In this document: one piece after another, positions 1-10,351 of the stretch
Layout of the letters: the number at the start of each line of letters is the position of its first letter
Numbering within the stretch: the stretch's first letter is position 1
Origin: an uncultured delta proteobacterium
GTDB lineage: Bacteria; Desulfobacterota; Desulfomonilia; UBA1062
Assembly (NCBI GenBank): GCA_963785235.1
Contig: CAWAUM010000011.1
Location: 32,001-96,000, forward strand
DNA length: 64,000 bases
Direction: 5' to 3'
Notes under the pieces: generated by a model
The model's input: only the letters and a program-made list of their open reading frames with translations
Told to the model about the DNA's origin: nothing
The model's database searches: none
Translations under genes and position numbers: made by a program

Positions 1-293
1 GCCCCTATGATGGGCTTATTACAGGAAGCAAAGACATCCGGCATGTCTTTCCCGTCGCCCCGGGGATCAAGAAGATTATCCTTGCCGATGACGCTAAGAT
101 CGATACCTGAGCAGAACGACTTGCCGTTACCGGTAAGGATCGCAACCTTTATATCGCCATTGCGCTTCACTTCATCGATAGAATTGTACAGGTTTATGAG
201 CAAGTCCTGACAGATGGAATTGTGCCTTTCAGGTCGGTTCAGGGTAATCAGCGCATACTGGCCTTCTACTTCAAACAATACGGTTTTATCCAC
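1..293 (-). CDS. Enoyl-CoA hydratase/isomerase family protein (N-terminal part; runs off the window edge)
   Basis: Manual translation from GTG at 293 (GGAG upstream): MDKTVLFEVEGQYALITLNRPERHNSI...VAILTGNGKSFCSGIDL...NKPIIGA, crotonase motifs; not in the ORF track. Confidence 0.85.
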   Translation of the reverse strand, partial: MDKTVLFEVEGQYALITLNRPERHNSICQDLLINLYNSIDEVKRNGDIKVAILTGNGKSFCSGIDLSVIGKDNLLDPRGDGKDMPDVFASCNKPIIG

Positions 294-512
294 GGTGTGA
301 CTCCTTTCTCTGGGGATAGTGGGGCCATCTTTTCAAGTTTCAATTATAAACCCTTCCTTCGTATACGGGTAGGTTTTTATCATTCGCTGGTATTCTCCTG
401 TCATTCGTATCTATCCTATCGTTATTGTAGAGATGATTGACTTCCCCGCGGTGTAGTGTATTGCATAAACATAGTTGATCAAAGAGAAGAAGTGTCCGGT
501 TAAGGAGCAAGC

Positions 513-1115
513 ATGGGAGAATCAACCCGACTGTTTGTAAGTATTTGGATCAAGCTTTTCTTCCTGCTGACACCATTCTTTGTCATGTCCGTTTTTCTCT
601 CACTGACCCAGGAACTTTCTGCTGTCCAACGCCGCAATGTGGCTTTGTGGCTTACCGTTGATGTTATCCTCATTTGTTTCGTCCTGTATTTTCTCGGCAA
701 TGCCATCTTTTCGGTCTTCGGGATCACGTTGGATGCCTTTCGCATCGGTGCAGGGGCACTGCTTTTTCTCTCGGCTGTTGATCTTGTGCGGGGGAGCGAA
801 ACCTCTATGCAACGAGAAGACCAGGGAAACATTACGGTTGTTCCATTGGCCATACCTATCACCGTGGGACCGGCTACTACCGGTGCCCTGCTCGTTATGG
901 GTTCCGAGGTTGTCACTGTGTGGGAGAAGATCGTGGGTTGTGCGGCCCTTTTCAGTGCGGTAATATCCATGGGCATTCTTCTCTTTCTTGCCACCTCCAT
1001 CGAAAGAATCATCGGACGCACTGGGCTTAAAGTTCTCAGCAAGTTAACAGGTCTGATCCTTTCAGCCTTGGCGGCGCAGATCGTTTTTACCGGGATAAGG
1101 CATTTCCTCGCCTGA
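513..1115 (+). CDS. MarC family membrane protein
   Basis: 200 aa hydrophobic; FGITLDAFRIGAG and VVPLAIPITVGPA motifs. Confidence 0.9.
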   Translation: MGESTRLFVSIWIKLFFLLTPFFVMSVFLSLTQELSAVQRRNVALWLTVDVILICFVLYFLGNAIFSVFGITLDAFRIGAGALLFLSAVDLVRGSETSMQREDQGNITVVPLAIPITVGPATTGALLVMGSEVVTVWEKIVGCAALFSAVISMGILLFLATSIERIIGRTGLKVLSKLTGLILSALAAQIVFTGIRHFLA

Positions 1116-1181
1116 CGATTATTAAGAGAAAGGTGCCAGTGTTTTTCCTATGAGTATTATTCCACGAAAAAATCTTAATGG

Positions 1182-3090
1182 TCAGGTATTGAATTTCGCG
1201 TATAGTTCTTCCAGTTCATCCCAGCGGAGATAGGCTTCTTCAAGTTCTTTTTCCAGAGCTTCCAGCTTATCGTTCGTAGCATGAATCGTCCTGGCATCCG
1301 TGCCTACCTGAAACGCAGGATCATTGAGGGTTGCTAACAGAAGATTCTTCTCCTCTTCCAGTCTTTCGATCCTCAGTGGCAGACCTTCAAGCTCTCGCAA
1401 TTCTTTAAAGGAAAGTTTTTTCTTCTCCTTTATGGGCCTTTCTTTTTTCTGCTTCTCATCCGCTAATACCACTACTGATGGAGTTGCCTTCATTGGCCGC
1501 TGCATGAGCCAGTCATCGTAGCCGCCCACATATTCCTGCAGATCGGCCCTCACCCTCGAATACGATGGTAGAGGTTACAACATTGTTCAGGAAGGCCCTG
1601 TCATGGCTTACCATCAGTACCGTGCCGCCGAAGTCCACGAGGCGGTCTTCAAGCATCTCTAATGTTTCGGCATCGAGGTCGTTGGTGGGCTCATCCAGGA
1701 CCAGCACGTTGGCTGGGCTGCTGAACAGTCTGGCCAGCAGAAGGCGGTTACGCTCCCCGCCTGAAAGGGTCCTGACTTGCGACATGATCTGTGCAGGAGA
1801 GAAGAGGAAATCCTGGAGGTAGCCCACGATATGCCGGGGCATGCCACCCATGATTATCTGGTCGCTGCCGGGAGCGATATTCTCCTTGAGGGTCTTGTTT
1901 TCATCGAGTTGGGCCCTGAGCTGGTCGAAGTAGGCTATTTTAATTTTTGTGCCCAGGCGGACGCTGCCCTCCAGGGGATTGATCTCACCCAGCAGGAGCT
2001 TCAGCAGCGTTGTCTTTCCGCTCCCGTTAGGCCCCATGATACCCACCTTGTCCCCTCGCATGATCGAGGTGGAAAATGCTTTTATGAGGATGTTTTCGCC
2101 ATAGGAAAAGCTGATATCCTTGGCGTCAGCTACCAGCCGGCCGCTTTTTTGCGCCTCCTGGATCACGAGACGGGCCCTGCCATCCTGCTCCCGCCTGAGG
2201 GCCCGTTCTTGGCGCATGTGCATCAAGGCTCGAACCCGGCCCTCGTTTCTGGTGCGACGGGCCTCAAGGCCCCTCCTGACCCAGACTTCCTCTTTGGCCA
2301 GCTTCTTGTCAAAATCAAGCTTGTGTTTCTGCTCCTCATCGAGCATTGCCTGCCGGCGTTCGAGGTAGGTTCCATAATCACAGGCAAAAGATAACAAGCG
2401 GCCACGGTCGATCTCCACGATGCGTAATGCGAGTTTCTTCAGAAAGGCCCGGTCATGGCTGACAAACATGATGGCCTTATCATACCTGAGGAGAAAATCC
2501 TCAAGCCAGAGGATTGAGCTGATATCCAGATGGTTCGTTGGCTCATCCAGCAGGAGGATGTCCGGGTCGTTCACCAGTGCCCTGGCAAGAAAAACCCTGC
2601 GTTTCAATCCTGCAGACAGATATTTAAACTCGGCGTTCTCATCCAAGTCGGTTTTCGTGATCACGGTCTCAATCTTTTGGTGATAACTCCATGCGTCCGA
2701 AGATTCCAGCAGGTGCTGGACCTTTTCCAGCCTTCTCATGAGGCCCATCTCATTATCTTGATGTGAAAGCCGTAGCGCGAGGTCGTGGTATTCTTTCAGC
2801 AGCTGGGTATGTTCTCTGCCGCCTGAAGCAACGACATCATAGACTGTTCCGGCCAAGTCATCCGGGACATCCTGGGGCAGCATGGCGGTTCTGATATCGC
2901 CGTTTCTGATGATATCGCCATGATCGGGTGCAATATCACCGCTGATCATTTTCATGAGGGTGGACTTACCTGAACCGTTCCGGCCCAGAAGGCCGATCCT
3001 TTCTCCTTGTTCGATCTGAAGTGAGGCACTATCCAGGAGCAACGGTCCGCCAAAGCCTATGGAAACATTATTGATCCGTAAAAGTACCAT
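1182..3090 (-). CDS. uup: ABC-F ATPase, Uup-like, split by a one-base frameshift near 1545
   Basis: Two Walker A motifs (GRNGSGKS, GPNGSGKT) and two LLDEPTN motifs in ORF 1513..3090; the C-terminal EYVGGYDDW...KKKLSFKE coiled-coil continues in ORF 1182..1553. Confidence 0.85.
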
Positions 3091-3272
3091 ACAATGCTGA
3101 ATTTACTACATCAGCTGATCACCTTTAAAAATTTCACCAGCAACAGAAGAACCAGGATGATGAGATAGAATTGCAGGAGATACAAAACAAACCTGCTCAT
3201 TTTTGTCATCTGCACACGCGGCATAATTATCTCCCTTGAACTATCCCCAGGCCCCTTTTGCCTGTAAACGAA

Positions 3273-4559
3273 TTATTGAGATATAAGATTATCAATGTCA
3301 TTGTGATAGAGAACACCAAGGATTCTATCGTTCCTGTCCACAACAGGGATCATGTGGTAATGATACTTTAAGAACATCTCTACCAGGTCATCCTGGACGT
3401 CGTCTTCTTCTGCCGCAACGACCGGCGAGATCATTACATCGCTCATGGTCAGGTGATCCGGTGTAAGTACGAGTTCTCGCAGATCAACAACACCCAGCAA
3501 CGTCTGGCCATCACCATTGACCACATAGATGTAGGAGATGCTTTTCGGATCCCTGCCGGAACCCCTGATGGCGGTAAGCACATCACCGGCATTGTCCGTT
3601 TTTTGAGCAACAACATAATCGGAAGACATGATATTTCTCGCCTGAATCTCACGTTGGGAAAGAATGTTGCGGACACGTTCGGCCTGATCCTTGCTGAGAT
3701 AGGCCATAAGCTCGGTGACATCGTCGTGCGGCAGGACCGTAAAGAGGCCTGCCAGCTGCGGCGTCGACATCTCCGAGAGGATCTTGCGGGCCTTTTCCTC
3801 TCTCAGGTTGGCGATGATCTGGCGCTGGGCCCTGGGCTCCGCCTCCATCAGGGTTTCAGCCGCCTTTTCATTGTCAAGGGCTGAGAAGAGCACCTGCTGC
3901 TCATCACCCGGCAGCTCTTCCAGGAAATCCGCCAGATCTTCGCTGGGGAGCTCCAGCATCTGTTTTTTTGTCACGGATAATGTCACTTTATCCGTGGAGA
4001 CTGCATCCTCAACAGAAAGCGGCTGGACATATTTCCATGAGATGAGGTTGCTTTTAACCAGTTTAAAGTTGCCCAGCCCCCACCTTCGGAAGAAGCCGCC
4101 AAACGAGACATCAACATGGACAAGCAGGAGCAGACCTCTCGTATCGAGAAAATGCACATCATTGACGACCTCTACCTGCCTACCGTCGATATCGAGGACT
4201 GTCTTACCCATGAGATGCTTGTCCATGAGTATCCAACCCGGCTGATCGACAAAAGGCGGATACACGTCGCCGCTTTCCGGCGGCCGGACAAAAATGGCAT
4301 CATCTTCGATTTTTATCACATTAGACCAGGGGATGAACTCGGTGGGTTTTCCCCAGCCGTGTTCTATATAGATACCTACTGCTTCGGGGTAAGGCTCTTT
4401 GTGAAGGAAGACAAGATCGCTCAGCTTTCCTATGCGGTTCTTGATCTGTTCTCTGCATACCGGCAGTTTGAGCAGCTCTGAAAAGAAGAGGAATCGGAAC
4501 TGTTCAAATCCCGGGTGCTGGTCAATCGCTTTCAACTTGGAATTCTTGTCGGCTATCAT
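3273..4559 (-). CDS. PRC-barrel + MgtE intracellular N-domain + CBS-pair protein (no membrane domain)
   Basis: DLADFLEEL..AETLME MgtE_N-like helices; YIYVVN..LLGVVDLREL and IPVVDRNDRILGV CBS motifs. Confidence 0.8.
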   Translation of the reverse strand: MIADKNSKLKAIDQHPGFEQFRFLFFSELLKLPVCREQIKNRIGKLSDLVFLHKEPYPEAVGIYIEHGWGKPTEFIPWSNVIKIEDDAIFVRPPESGDVYPPFVDQPGWILMDKHLMGKTVLDIDGRQVEVVNDVHFLDTRGLLLLVHVDVSFGGFFRRWGLGNFKLVKSNLISWKYVQPLSVEDAVSTDKVTLSVTKKQMLELPSEDLADFLEELPGDEQQVLFSALDNEKAAETLMEAEPRAQRQIIANLREEKARKILSEMSTPQLAGLFTVLPHDDVTELMAYLSKDQAERVRNILSQREIQARNIMSSDYVVAQKTDNAGDVLTAIRGSGRDPKSISYIYVVNGDGQTLLGVVDLRELVLTPDHLTMSDVMISPVVAAEEDDVQDDLVEMFLKYHYHMIPVVDRNDRILGVLYHNDIDNLISQ

Positions 4560-4578
4560 AGTGTTACCCCCCTGGTAC

Positions 4579-5886
4579 TCATATGAATAATCCCGGGAAA
4601 AGGGTGCTTATACCCATCAGCGAGGACATGAGGATGACAAAGATTGCGATTCCCCAGTTCATGACGTTCTGCCAAGGCGTATTCACGTGTTCACCCATAA
4701 AGGCCCTGTCATTGAGAAGAAGCAGGAGAAAGATCAGCGACACCGGCAGCAGGGTGACGGCTACCACCTGGACGAACATGGTTATGGTGACGAGCGGGGC
4801 ATTGGGGATGAGGACAACGGCTCCCGCCGTAACCAGCATGAGCAGGTAAACCAGGTAAAACCACGGGGCATCCTTCACCTTCTGGTTCAGCGAATGGGCC
4901 CAGCCGAAGACCTCACCCGTGGCCCAGGATGTGGCAAGGGAGATACAAAGCGCCCCAAGGAACCCGGCATCAAAGAGGCCTATGGCGAACAGCTTGCGTG
5001 CGAGGTCTCCATAACCGGCAGGCATGAGGGGCACAATTGCCTCGGCCGTCTGCCTGGCGTCCTGGATTACAATGGGTGGGTTGTGATAGAAGAAGGCGGC
5101 CCCAGTGGCGATGATGATGAAGGCGGCCACGAGGCACGTGAGGAAAGCCCCTGCAAGGGTCTCCAGTTTGCCGAAGCCGACATCATGGATATCTAGCCCC
5201 TTGTCCACCACTGCGCTCTGCTGGAAAAAGATCTGCCACGGTGTAATGGTAGTACCGAGGTTTGCAAGGATGATGAAGATGAGTTCGATGTTAAACCCAC
5301 CCATATCCGGATGGTAGAACCCCTGAAAAACTGCATTCCAGGCAGGGGCTGTTGGCGTATCCATGGCCCAGATGGCTGCCGGGATGTAGACGAAGTTGAA
5401 GCAGCAGAATAAAAGGGTGATCTTTTCAAAGGTCCAGTACTTCCCTGTGCGTACAACGGTAAAGAGAATGGCCGTAACAACGATAAACGTTATCCATGGA
5501 GGTACACCAAAAAGACTCATGGCTGCCAGCATGCCCACGTATTCCGTTACCAGGGTGAGCCAGTTGATGAATATCATATCCACTAACGAGAACCAACCCC
5601 AGAAAGGCCCGAAGCCTTCAAAAATAGCCTCGGCATGTCCGCGTTTCGACACCGCGCCCAGGCGGACGGTCATTTCCTGGACATAGTATGCCATGGGGAA
5701 GAGTATGAGAAAGATCCACAGCAAAGAAAACCCATATTTAGAGCCGGTAACGGCATAGGTAGAGATACCCCCGGCATCGTTATCGGCAATCATGACAATT
5801 ATCCCCGGGCCGAGGACAGACAGGAATATAATGAGTCTTTTGCGGAAGCGGTCTACGCGGTGAAAGGTTTTATTAAGCCAGTACAT
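4579..5886 (-). CDS. NRAMP-family divalent metal transporter, NRMT/Mg2+-type
   Basis: GPGIIVMIADNDAGG in place of canonical DPGN; GTTITPWQIFFQ; multi-pass hydrophobic; adjacent to MgtE-N/CBS gene. Confidence 0.85.
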   Translation of the reverse strand: MYWLNKTFHRVDRFRKRLIIFLSVLGPGIIVMIADNDAGGISTYAVTGSKYGFSLLWIFLILFPMAYYVQEMTVRLGAVSKRGHAEAIFEGFGPFWGWFSLVDMIFINWLTLVTEYVGMLAAMSLFGVPPWITFIVVTAILFTVVRTGKYWTFEKITLLFCCFNFVYIPAAIWAMDTPTAPAWNAVFQGFYHPDMGGFNIELIFIILANLGTTITPWQIFFQQSAVVDKGLDIHDVGFGKLETLAGAFLTCLVAAFIIIATGAAFFYHNPPIVIQDARQTAEAIVPLMPAGYGDLARKLFAIGLFDAGFLGALCISLATSWATGEVFGWAHSLNQKVKDAPWFYLVYLLMLVTAGAVVLIPNAPLVTITMFVQVVAVTLLPVSLIFLLLLLNDRAFMGEHVNTPWQNVMNWGIAIFVILMSSLMGISTLFPGLFI

Positions 5887-5910
5887 AGCAAAAACCTTTA
5901 ATAATTATAA

Positions 5911-6112
5911 ATGTATGCGAGTATAGAGAGGTTTTTAAGACCTCTTTCGATACCCGTAAATGTGAGAGTCGGCATAGTCTGCGCATACATCCGCACCCCA
6001 ATCGTATCTCTGAACACGATCGACCGGATATTGTATGGATTGTGTATGCTACGGATCCGGCACGATCATCTCTCCCTTGCCCTAGGACAGACGATCCATG
6101 CCGGGGCAAGGG
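5911..6112 (-). promoter_or_regulatory. Structured 5' leader of the metal-transporter operon (candidate attenuator)
   Basis: Perfect 9-bp stems at 6074-6082/6104-6112 and 5911-5919/5982-5990; inner hairpin 5927-5945. Confidence 0.5.
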
Positions 6113-6151
6113 CTAAATTCTATGACTAGTACTGCCTTCGTCATTTTCCAT
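6113..6151 (-). CDS. Putative leader peptide MENDEGSTSHRI (12 aa)
   Basis: ATG at 6151 preceded by GGGAGAGG; TAG at 6113-6115 directly abuts a hairpin. Confidence 0.45.
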   Translation of the reverse strand: MENDEGSTSHRI

Positions 6152-6384
6152 GATTGCCTCTCCCTAGCACAGTGAAAAGGGACAGTCAAAGGTGAAAATT
6201 CACAAAACATCCGGCAATAAGTTCAATCCTCTATGAGAATATTCCGGTTGTATGCAAATAATCATGGATAGGGGGTATTCCAGCTTGGGATAATGTGAAG
6301 AAGCACTTTGACTTAACACTGACATGTGAAATATGGTCACAGCCAATGAAGACATCCTCCGATAGAAGAGGAATAGATTGTGGA

Positions 6385-7053
6385 ATGAGTAGAAAAACGA
6401 TATATCAGGAGATCATCCTCTTGTCCATTCTCGCGCTTTGCCTCTTTGCCTTTTTCCACTATCATCTCTACACGTTTTTTTTAGACAGGGAAAAAGCGAT
6501 CACCTTTATCAAGTCATTTGGCCCCTGGTCTGTTCTTGTTTTCATCTTTTTCCAGATCCTCCAGGTGATCCTGGCCCCCATCCCGGGTGAGGCAACAGGC
6601 GTTATCGGCGGTTATCTGTACGGACCGATCCTTGGAACCCTCTATTCTACCATTGGATTGGCGCTCGGGTCATGGCTGGCCTTCTGTCTGGCCCACATCT
6701 TTGGAGAGCCTCTTGTGGAAAAGATCGTCAAACCGGAGACACTCCGGAAATACGACAGCTTTCTGGAGCATAAAGGCAGGTTTGTCATCTTCATCCTTTT
6801 TCTCATCCCTGGTTTTCCTAAAGATGCACTCAGCTACATGTTGGGGTTGAGTCATATGAGGGCGCTGCCCTTCATTGTCATCTCCTCAGCAGGTCGTTTT
6901 TTAGGGACCGGATCGCTGTCCCTCATGGGGAGTTTTGCACGCAACAGGCAATACGAAGGGCTCGCGATCGTCCTTGTCGCCTGCTGTGTCATAGTGCTTG
7001 TTGCCTACCTGTATCGTGACAGACTTTTAAGCAAACTCAAGAGAGATCATTAA
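6385..7053 (+). CDS. TVP38/TMEM64 (DedA/VTT) family membrane protein
   Basis: QVILAPIPGE, GYLYGPILGT, FLIPGFPKDALSY motifs; start uncertain (6346 or 6385). Confidence 0.85.
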   Translation: MSRKTIYQEIILLSILALCLFAFFHYHLYTFFLDREKAITFIKSFGPWSVLVFIFFQILQVILAPIPGEATGVIGGYLYGPILGTLYSTIGLALGSWLAFCLAHIFGEPLVEKIVKPETLRKYDSFLEHKGRFVIFILFLIPGFPKDALSYMLGLSHMRALPFIVISSAGRFLGTGSLSLMGSFARNRQYEGLAIVLVACCVIVLVAYLYRDRLLSKLKRDH

Positions 7054-7200
7054 CCCTCCATATGTACCCGGGGTTCTCCCGTAGTCAGCTATATGGCATG
7101 GTTTTAGGCGTTGTTCCCCTATGCATGGTGATATTCTGCAATCAGGGATTTGAGATTATATTGGATTAAGACAGGAAGGGTAAAGCGACTTTATGGTGAA

Positions 7201-8373
7201 CTAATCCTTGGATGGAGCAATTGCTTGAATATGATGTGAAATCTGATCAGTGATATAGTCCCAGGAGTAATGCGTCTGTGCATATTCCCTTGCTTTTTCC
7301 CCCATCTCAGCACAGAGGGTCTGATTTTTCAAGAGCCTGATTATGGCCTTACTCAAACCTGAGATATCCCCAGGAGGAACCAGGAGGCCGAATCCGGCAT
7401 CCTCGATCTCCTCGAGTCCGGGGACTGCACTTGCAACGATTGGTTTGCCGCACGCTGCATAGTCCCTTATTTTTAGAGGAGAAAGTGACTTATCATCCGA
7501 CCATGACCCTCGTGGCCTGAAGGGGGCTGCGCACACTCTGCACTGATTGATGAAAAGGGGTGCATCCTGATAAGAAAGAGACCCCACCATTTCAACTTGA
7601 TTTTCTATGCCCAATTTATTGATCTGTTCTCTGAGGGCTGGTTCTTCAGGGCCGGATCCTGCTATTGCCAGCTTAGCTTCAGGTTTTATTGTCAGGACTA
7701 TGGCAAAGGCCTCTATGAGCCACTCCAGTCCCTGCCATTTTGCAAAATTACCTATGAACCCCACATCATAACTGGGAACTACATCGAGAGGAGAGAAATG
7801 ACGGATGTTGGTGCCATTTCCGATGACCGCGATCTTATCTGCTTTTACCCCAAGCGATATCAGGTAGGATTTTATTCCCTTGGATACGGTTATCACAAGA
7901 TCCGATGCATGGGCAGACCATCGCTGCAGCTCTTTCCCCATGAAGGCTATCGGTTTAGGCTTACCTGAGGAGATAGCTTCCGGGCCAATCCATCCATTAT
8001 GCTCGGTGATGATCTTAATATGCCGTCCCATAAGGACCCTTGCTGCAATAACATATAAACCGCTGACAATGCCGAGGCGTGAATAGATAATATCAGGGCT
8101 GAATTTTTTGAGGTGATGCAGGAAGTATGGGGCAGTGAGGCCTCCCTTTATGAACATGGCGTATGTCTTCGGTGCATTCACAAAGGGTTCAAGGAAACCG
8201 ATAGCCGGATTGAGAAGAGACCTGATGGCAGGCAGTCCGTTGAGGGATAGGTGGTAAATGGTCACATGGTATCCCATGCGAAAAAGGCTGTTTGCCACTT
8301 CAGAAAAATGAATAAGCTCGGCATCGGGCTTTTCCATTGCAAAACAGGCTACCATAAGAATTTTGGTGTTCAT
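7201..8373 (-). CDS. Glycosyltransferase family 4
   Basis: GFIGNFAKWQG, SPLKIRDYAACGKPIVAS GT-B motifs. Confidence 0.85.
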   Translation of the reverse strand: MNTKILMVACFAMEKPDAELIHFSEVANSLFRMGYHVTIYHLSLNGLPAIRSLLNPAIGFLEPFVNAPKTYAMFIKGGLTAPYFLHHLKKFSPDIIYSRLGIVSGLYVIAARVLMGRHIKIITEHNGWIGPEAISSGKPKPIAFMGKELQRWSAHASDLVITVSKGIKSYLISLGVKADKIAVIGNGTNIRHFSPLDVVPSYDVGFIGNFAKWQGLEWLIEAFAIVLTIKPEAKLAIAGSGPEEPALREQINKLGIENQVEMVGSLSYQDAPLFINQCRVCAAPFRPRGSWSDDKSLSPLKIRDYAACGKPIVASAVPGLEEIEDAGFGLLVPPGDISGLSKAIIRLLKNQTLCAEMGEKAREYAQTHYSWDYITDQISHHIQAIAPSKD

Positions 8374-10289
8374 GCAGCTTCCCTGAAATCAATATTGAAT
8401 AATCTGGCCCATATGCCTGCATTGATGATCCTCCAGATGGACCAGTCAAATTGCCTCGTACCTTTTGTCATAGACAAGAATAAGTCTTCCAGCTTGGTCT
8501 TGCTTATCCATAATCCAAGGTGCGCAGTTGCTTCTTTGAGCATTGCATGGAACTGTTTATTGTGTGAAACTCTCATCCACTGTTCTTCCGGGGTTACAAA
8601 TCCAAGCTTATCCTGCCGTTGCCGTATCTTCTCAGGGACAATGTTCTGAATCGCCAGCCGAAGGATCTTCTTTGTCTCACCGTCTTTGATTTTGTATTCA
8701 TCCGGGAGTGAGTATGCGAATTCTATCAGCCTATAATCAAGAAATGGAACCCTGGCTTCAATTGAGTGGGCCATGGAATTCCTGTCTTCATAATGAAGCA
8801 GCGCCGGAAGGTTTGTCTGGAGGAGTTGCTTGCGCGAAAGTGACTGGATTGATGAACTGGGCTCAGGGACAGCCGCTGCTGGATTTATGGCATGATGTTT
8901 AAAGATATCTTGATGCATCCATCCAGGTATGTCAGGCCTGCCCATAATTGACCTGCCGATTGGACGAAATCGGCTGGGTGAAAATATATATCCAAGGTTG
9001 ATGAGTGCCTCTTTGAGATGGTAGCCATGTCTTGCATGAATACCCCTGAACTCCCTTTTCAGGCCTGTGAGATATCCGTTGCGAGTCAGGCCGGCCATCA
9101 ATGCCCAGAAATAGCTGTGATATCCGCCAAGCAATTCATCAGCCCCCTGGCCATCGAGCATGACCTTCACCCCATTGCTTCGCGCCAGCTGGAACACTTT
9201 CCATTGGGCAAAGACGCTCATTGATCCGAAGGGTTCATCCTGGTGCCAGGTGATGGTGTTAATGAGGGAGAGAAGCTCATCCGCATCCGGGAAGATGTAA
9301 TGCGAATCCACATGGGTATGTGCGACAACGTCTTGTATGTAGACCCTTTCATCATAACGCTGATCCTCAAAACAGGAGGAAAAGGTCTTTTGTATTTCAG
9401 AGGATTTTTCCTGGCCAAGTATCCTGTTTACCAGGCAGACAATGGAAGACGAATCCAACCCTCCCGACAGGCATGAACCGACAGGCACGTCGGATCTGAG
9501 CCTTAGTCTCACTGAGTCCTCAAGGAGGTTCAGGAACGTGAATGTTGCCTCTTCCAAAGTGATAGACGGGTTTACAGGATGTTCCGGCAGCGTCCACCAG
9601 TTTTTAATGCGAGGATGAGAGAATGCCGTGTCATCCGGGTCAAGACTCACTTCCATATACTGTCCGCCTTGGAGTTGATACACCTGGTGGAACATGGTTT
9701 CATTCGTATGATCCATCATGCCATGGGCAAGATAGTCGTAGAACCTCTGGGAGTTAATCCGGGCTTTAAAAAGCGGAAGTGCGGTAAATTGTTTTATCTC
9801 TGAGGCAAGACAGATAAGTTTCCCCGGGATGCAATAATAATACAGTGGCTTCACGCCGAGCCTGTCTCGTGCTGCAAAGAGTTTCCTATGCATTGTATCA
9901 ACAATGGCAAAGGCAAACATGCCGTTGAATTTTTTCAGACATTCAACGCCCCATGCATGGTATGCATTAAGGACCACCTCGGTATCACACCTGGTCCTGA
10001 AGGTATATCCGTGTCTTTCAAGTTCAGCCCTTATTTCGATATGATTATATACTTCTCCATTGTATACGATCCACAACCCGCTCTTTTCCATTACCATCGG
10101 CTGATTGGCATCATCAGAGATGTCGATGATGGACAGTCTGGTATGGCCCAGTTGGACGGTTCCTCCCAAGAGGCTCATAGTACCAAGGTTGTCAGGTCCT
10201 CGATGACGAACAAGCTCTGTCATCTTTTCAATGACTCCCCGATAAGAAGGGTCCGGATTACGAGTAATGATCGTCGATATGCCGCACAT
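8370..10289 (-). CDS. asnB: Asparagine synthase (glutamine-hydrolysing)-like amidotransferase of the polysaccharide cluster
   Basis: MCGI N-terminus, HRGPD, RLSIID, NGEVYN, LSGGLDSS, GQGADE, EARVPFLD. Confidence 0.9.
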   Translation of the reverse strand: MCGISTIITRNPDPSYRGVIEKMTELVRHRGPDNLGTMSLLGGTVQLGHTRLSIIDISDDANQPMVMEKSGLWIVYNGEVYNHIEIRAELERHGYTFRTRCDTEVVLNAYHAWGVECLKKFNGMFAFAIVDTMHRKLFAARDRLGVKPLYYYCIPGKLICLASEIKQFTALPLFKARINSQRFYDYLAHGMMDHTNETMFHQVYQLQGGQYMEVSLDPDDTAFSHPRIKNWWTLPEHPVNPSITLEEATFTFLNLLEDSVRLRLRSDVPVGSCLSGGLDSSSIVCLVNRILGQEKSSEIQKTFSSCFEDQRYDERVYIQDVVAHTHVDSHYIFPDADELLSLINTITWHQDEPFGSMSVFAQWKVFQLARSNGVKVMLDGQGADELLGGYHSYFWALMAGLTRNGYLTGLKREFRGIHARHGYHLKEALINLGYIFSPSRFRPIGRSIMGRPDIPGWMHQDIFKHHAINPAAAVPEPSSSIQSLSRKQLLQTNLPALLHYEDRNSMAHSIEARVPFLDYRLIEFAYSLPDEYKIKDGETKKILRLAIQNIVPEKIRQRQDKLGFVTPEEQWMRVSHNKQFHAMLKEATAHLGLWISKTKLEDLFLSMTKGTRQFDWSIWRIINAGIWARLFNIDFREAA

Positions 10290-10351
10290 TCGTTTTTATG
10301 GTCTCACTTTGGGGCGCAAGATGCACCATCTGAAGGGAGAAGTTGATGAGG

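Noticed and set aside
5890-6180. M-box (ykoK) riboswitch upstream of the Mg2+ transporter
   Set aside because: Only a weak TAGGGAGAGGC resemblance to the 5' end; the other conserved blocks were not found by eye. A covariance-model scan is needed to exclude it fully
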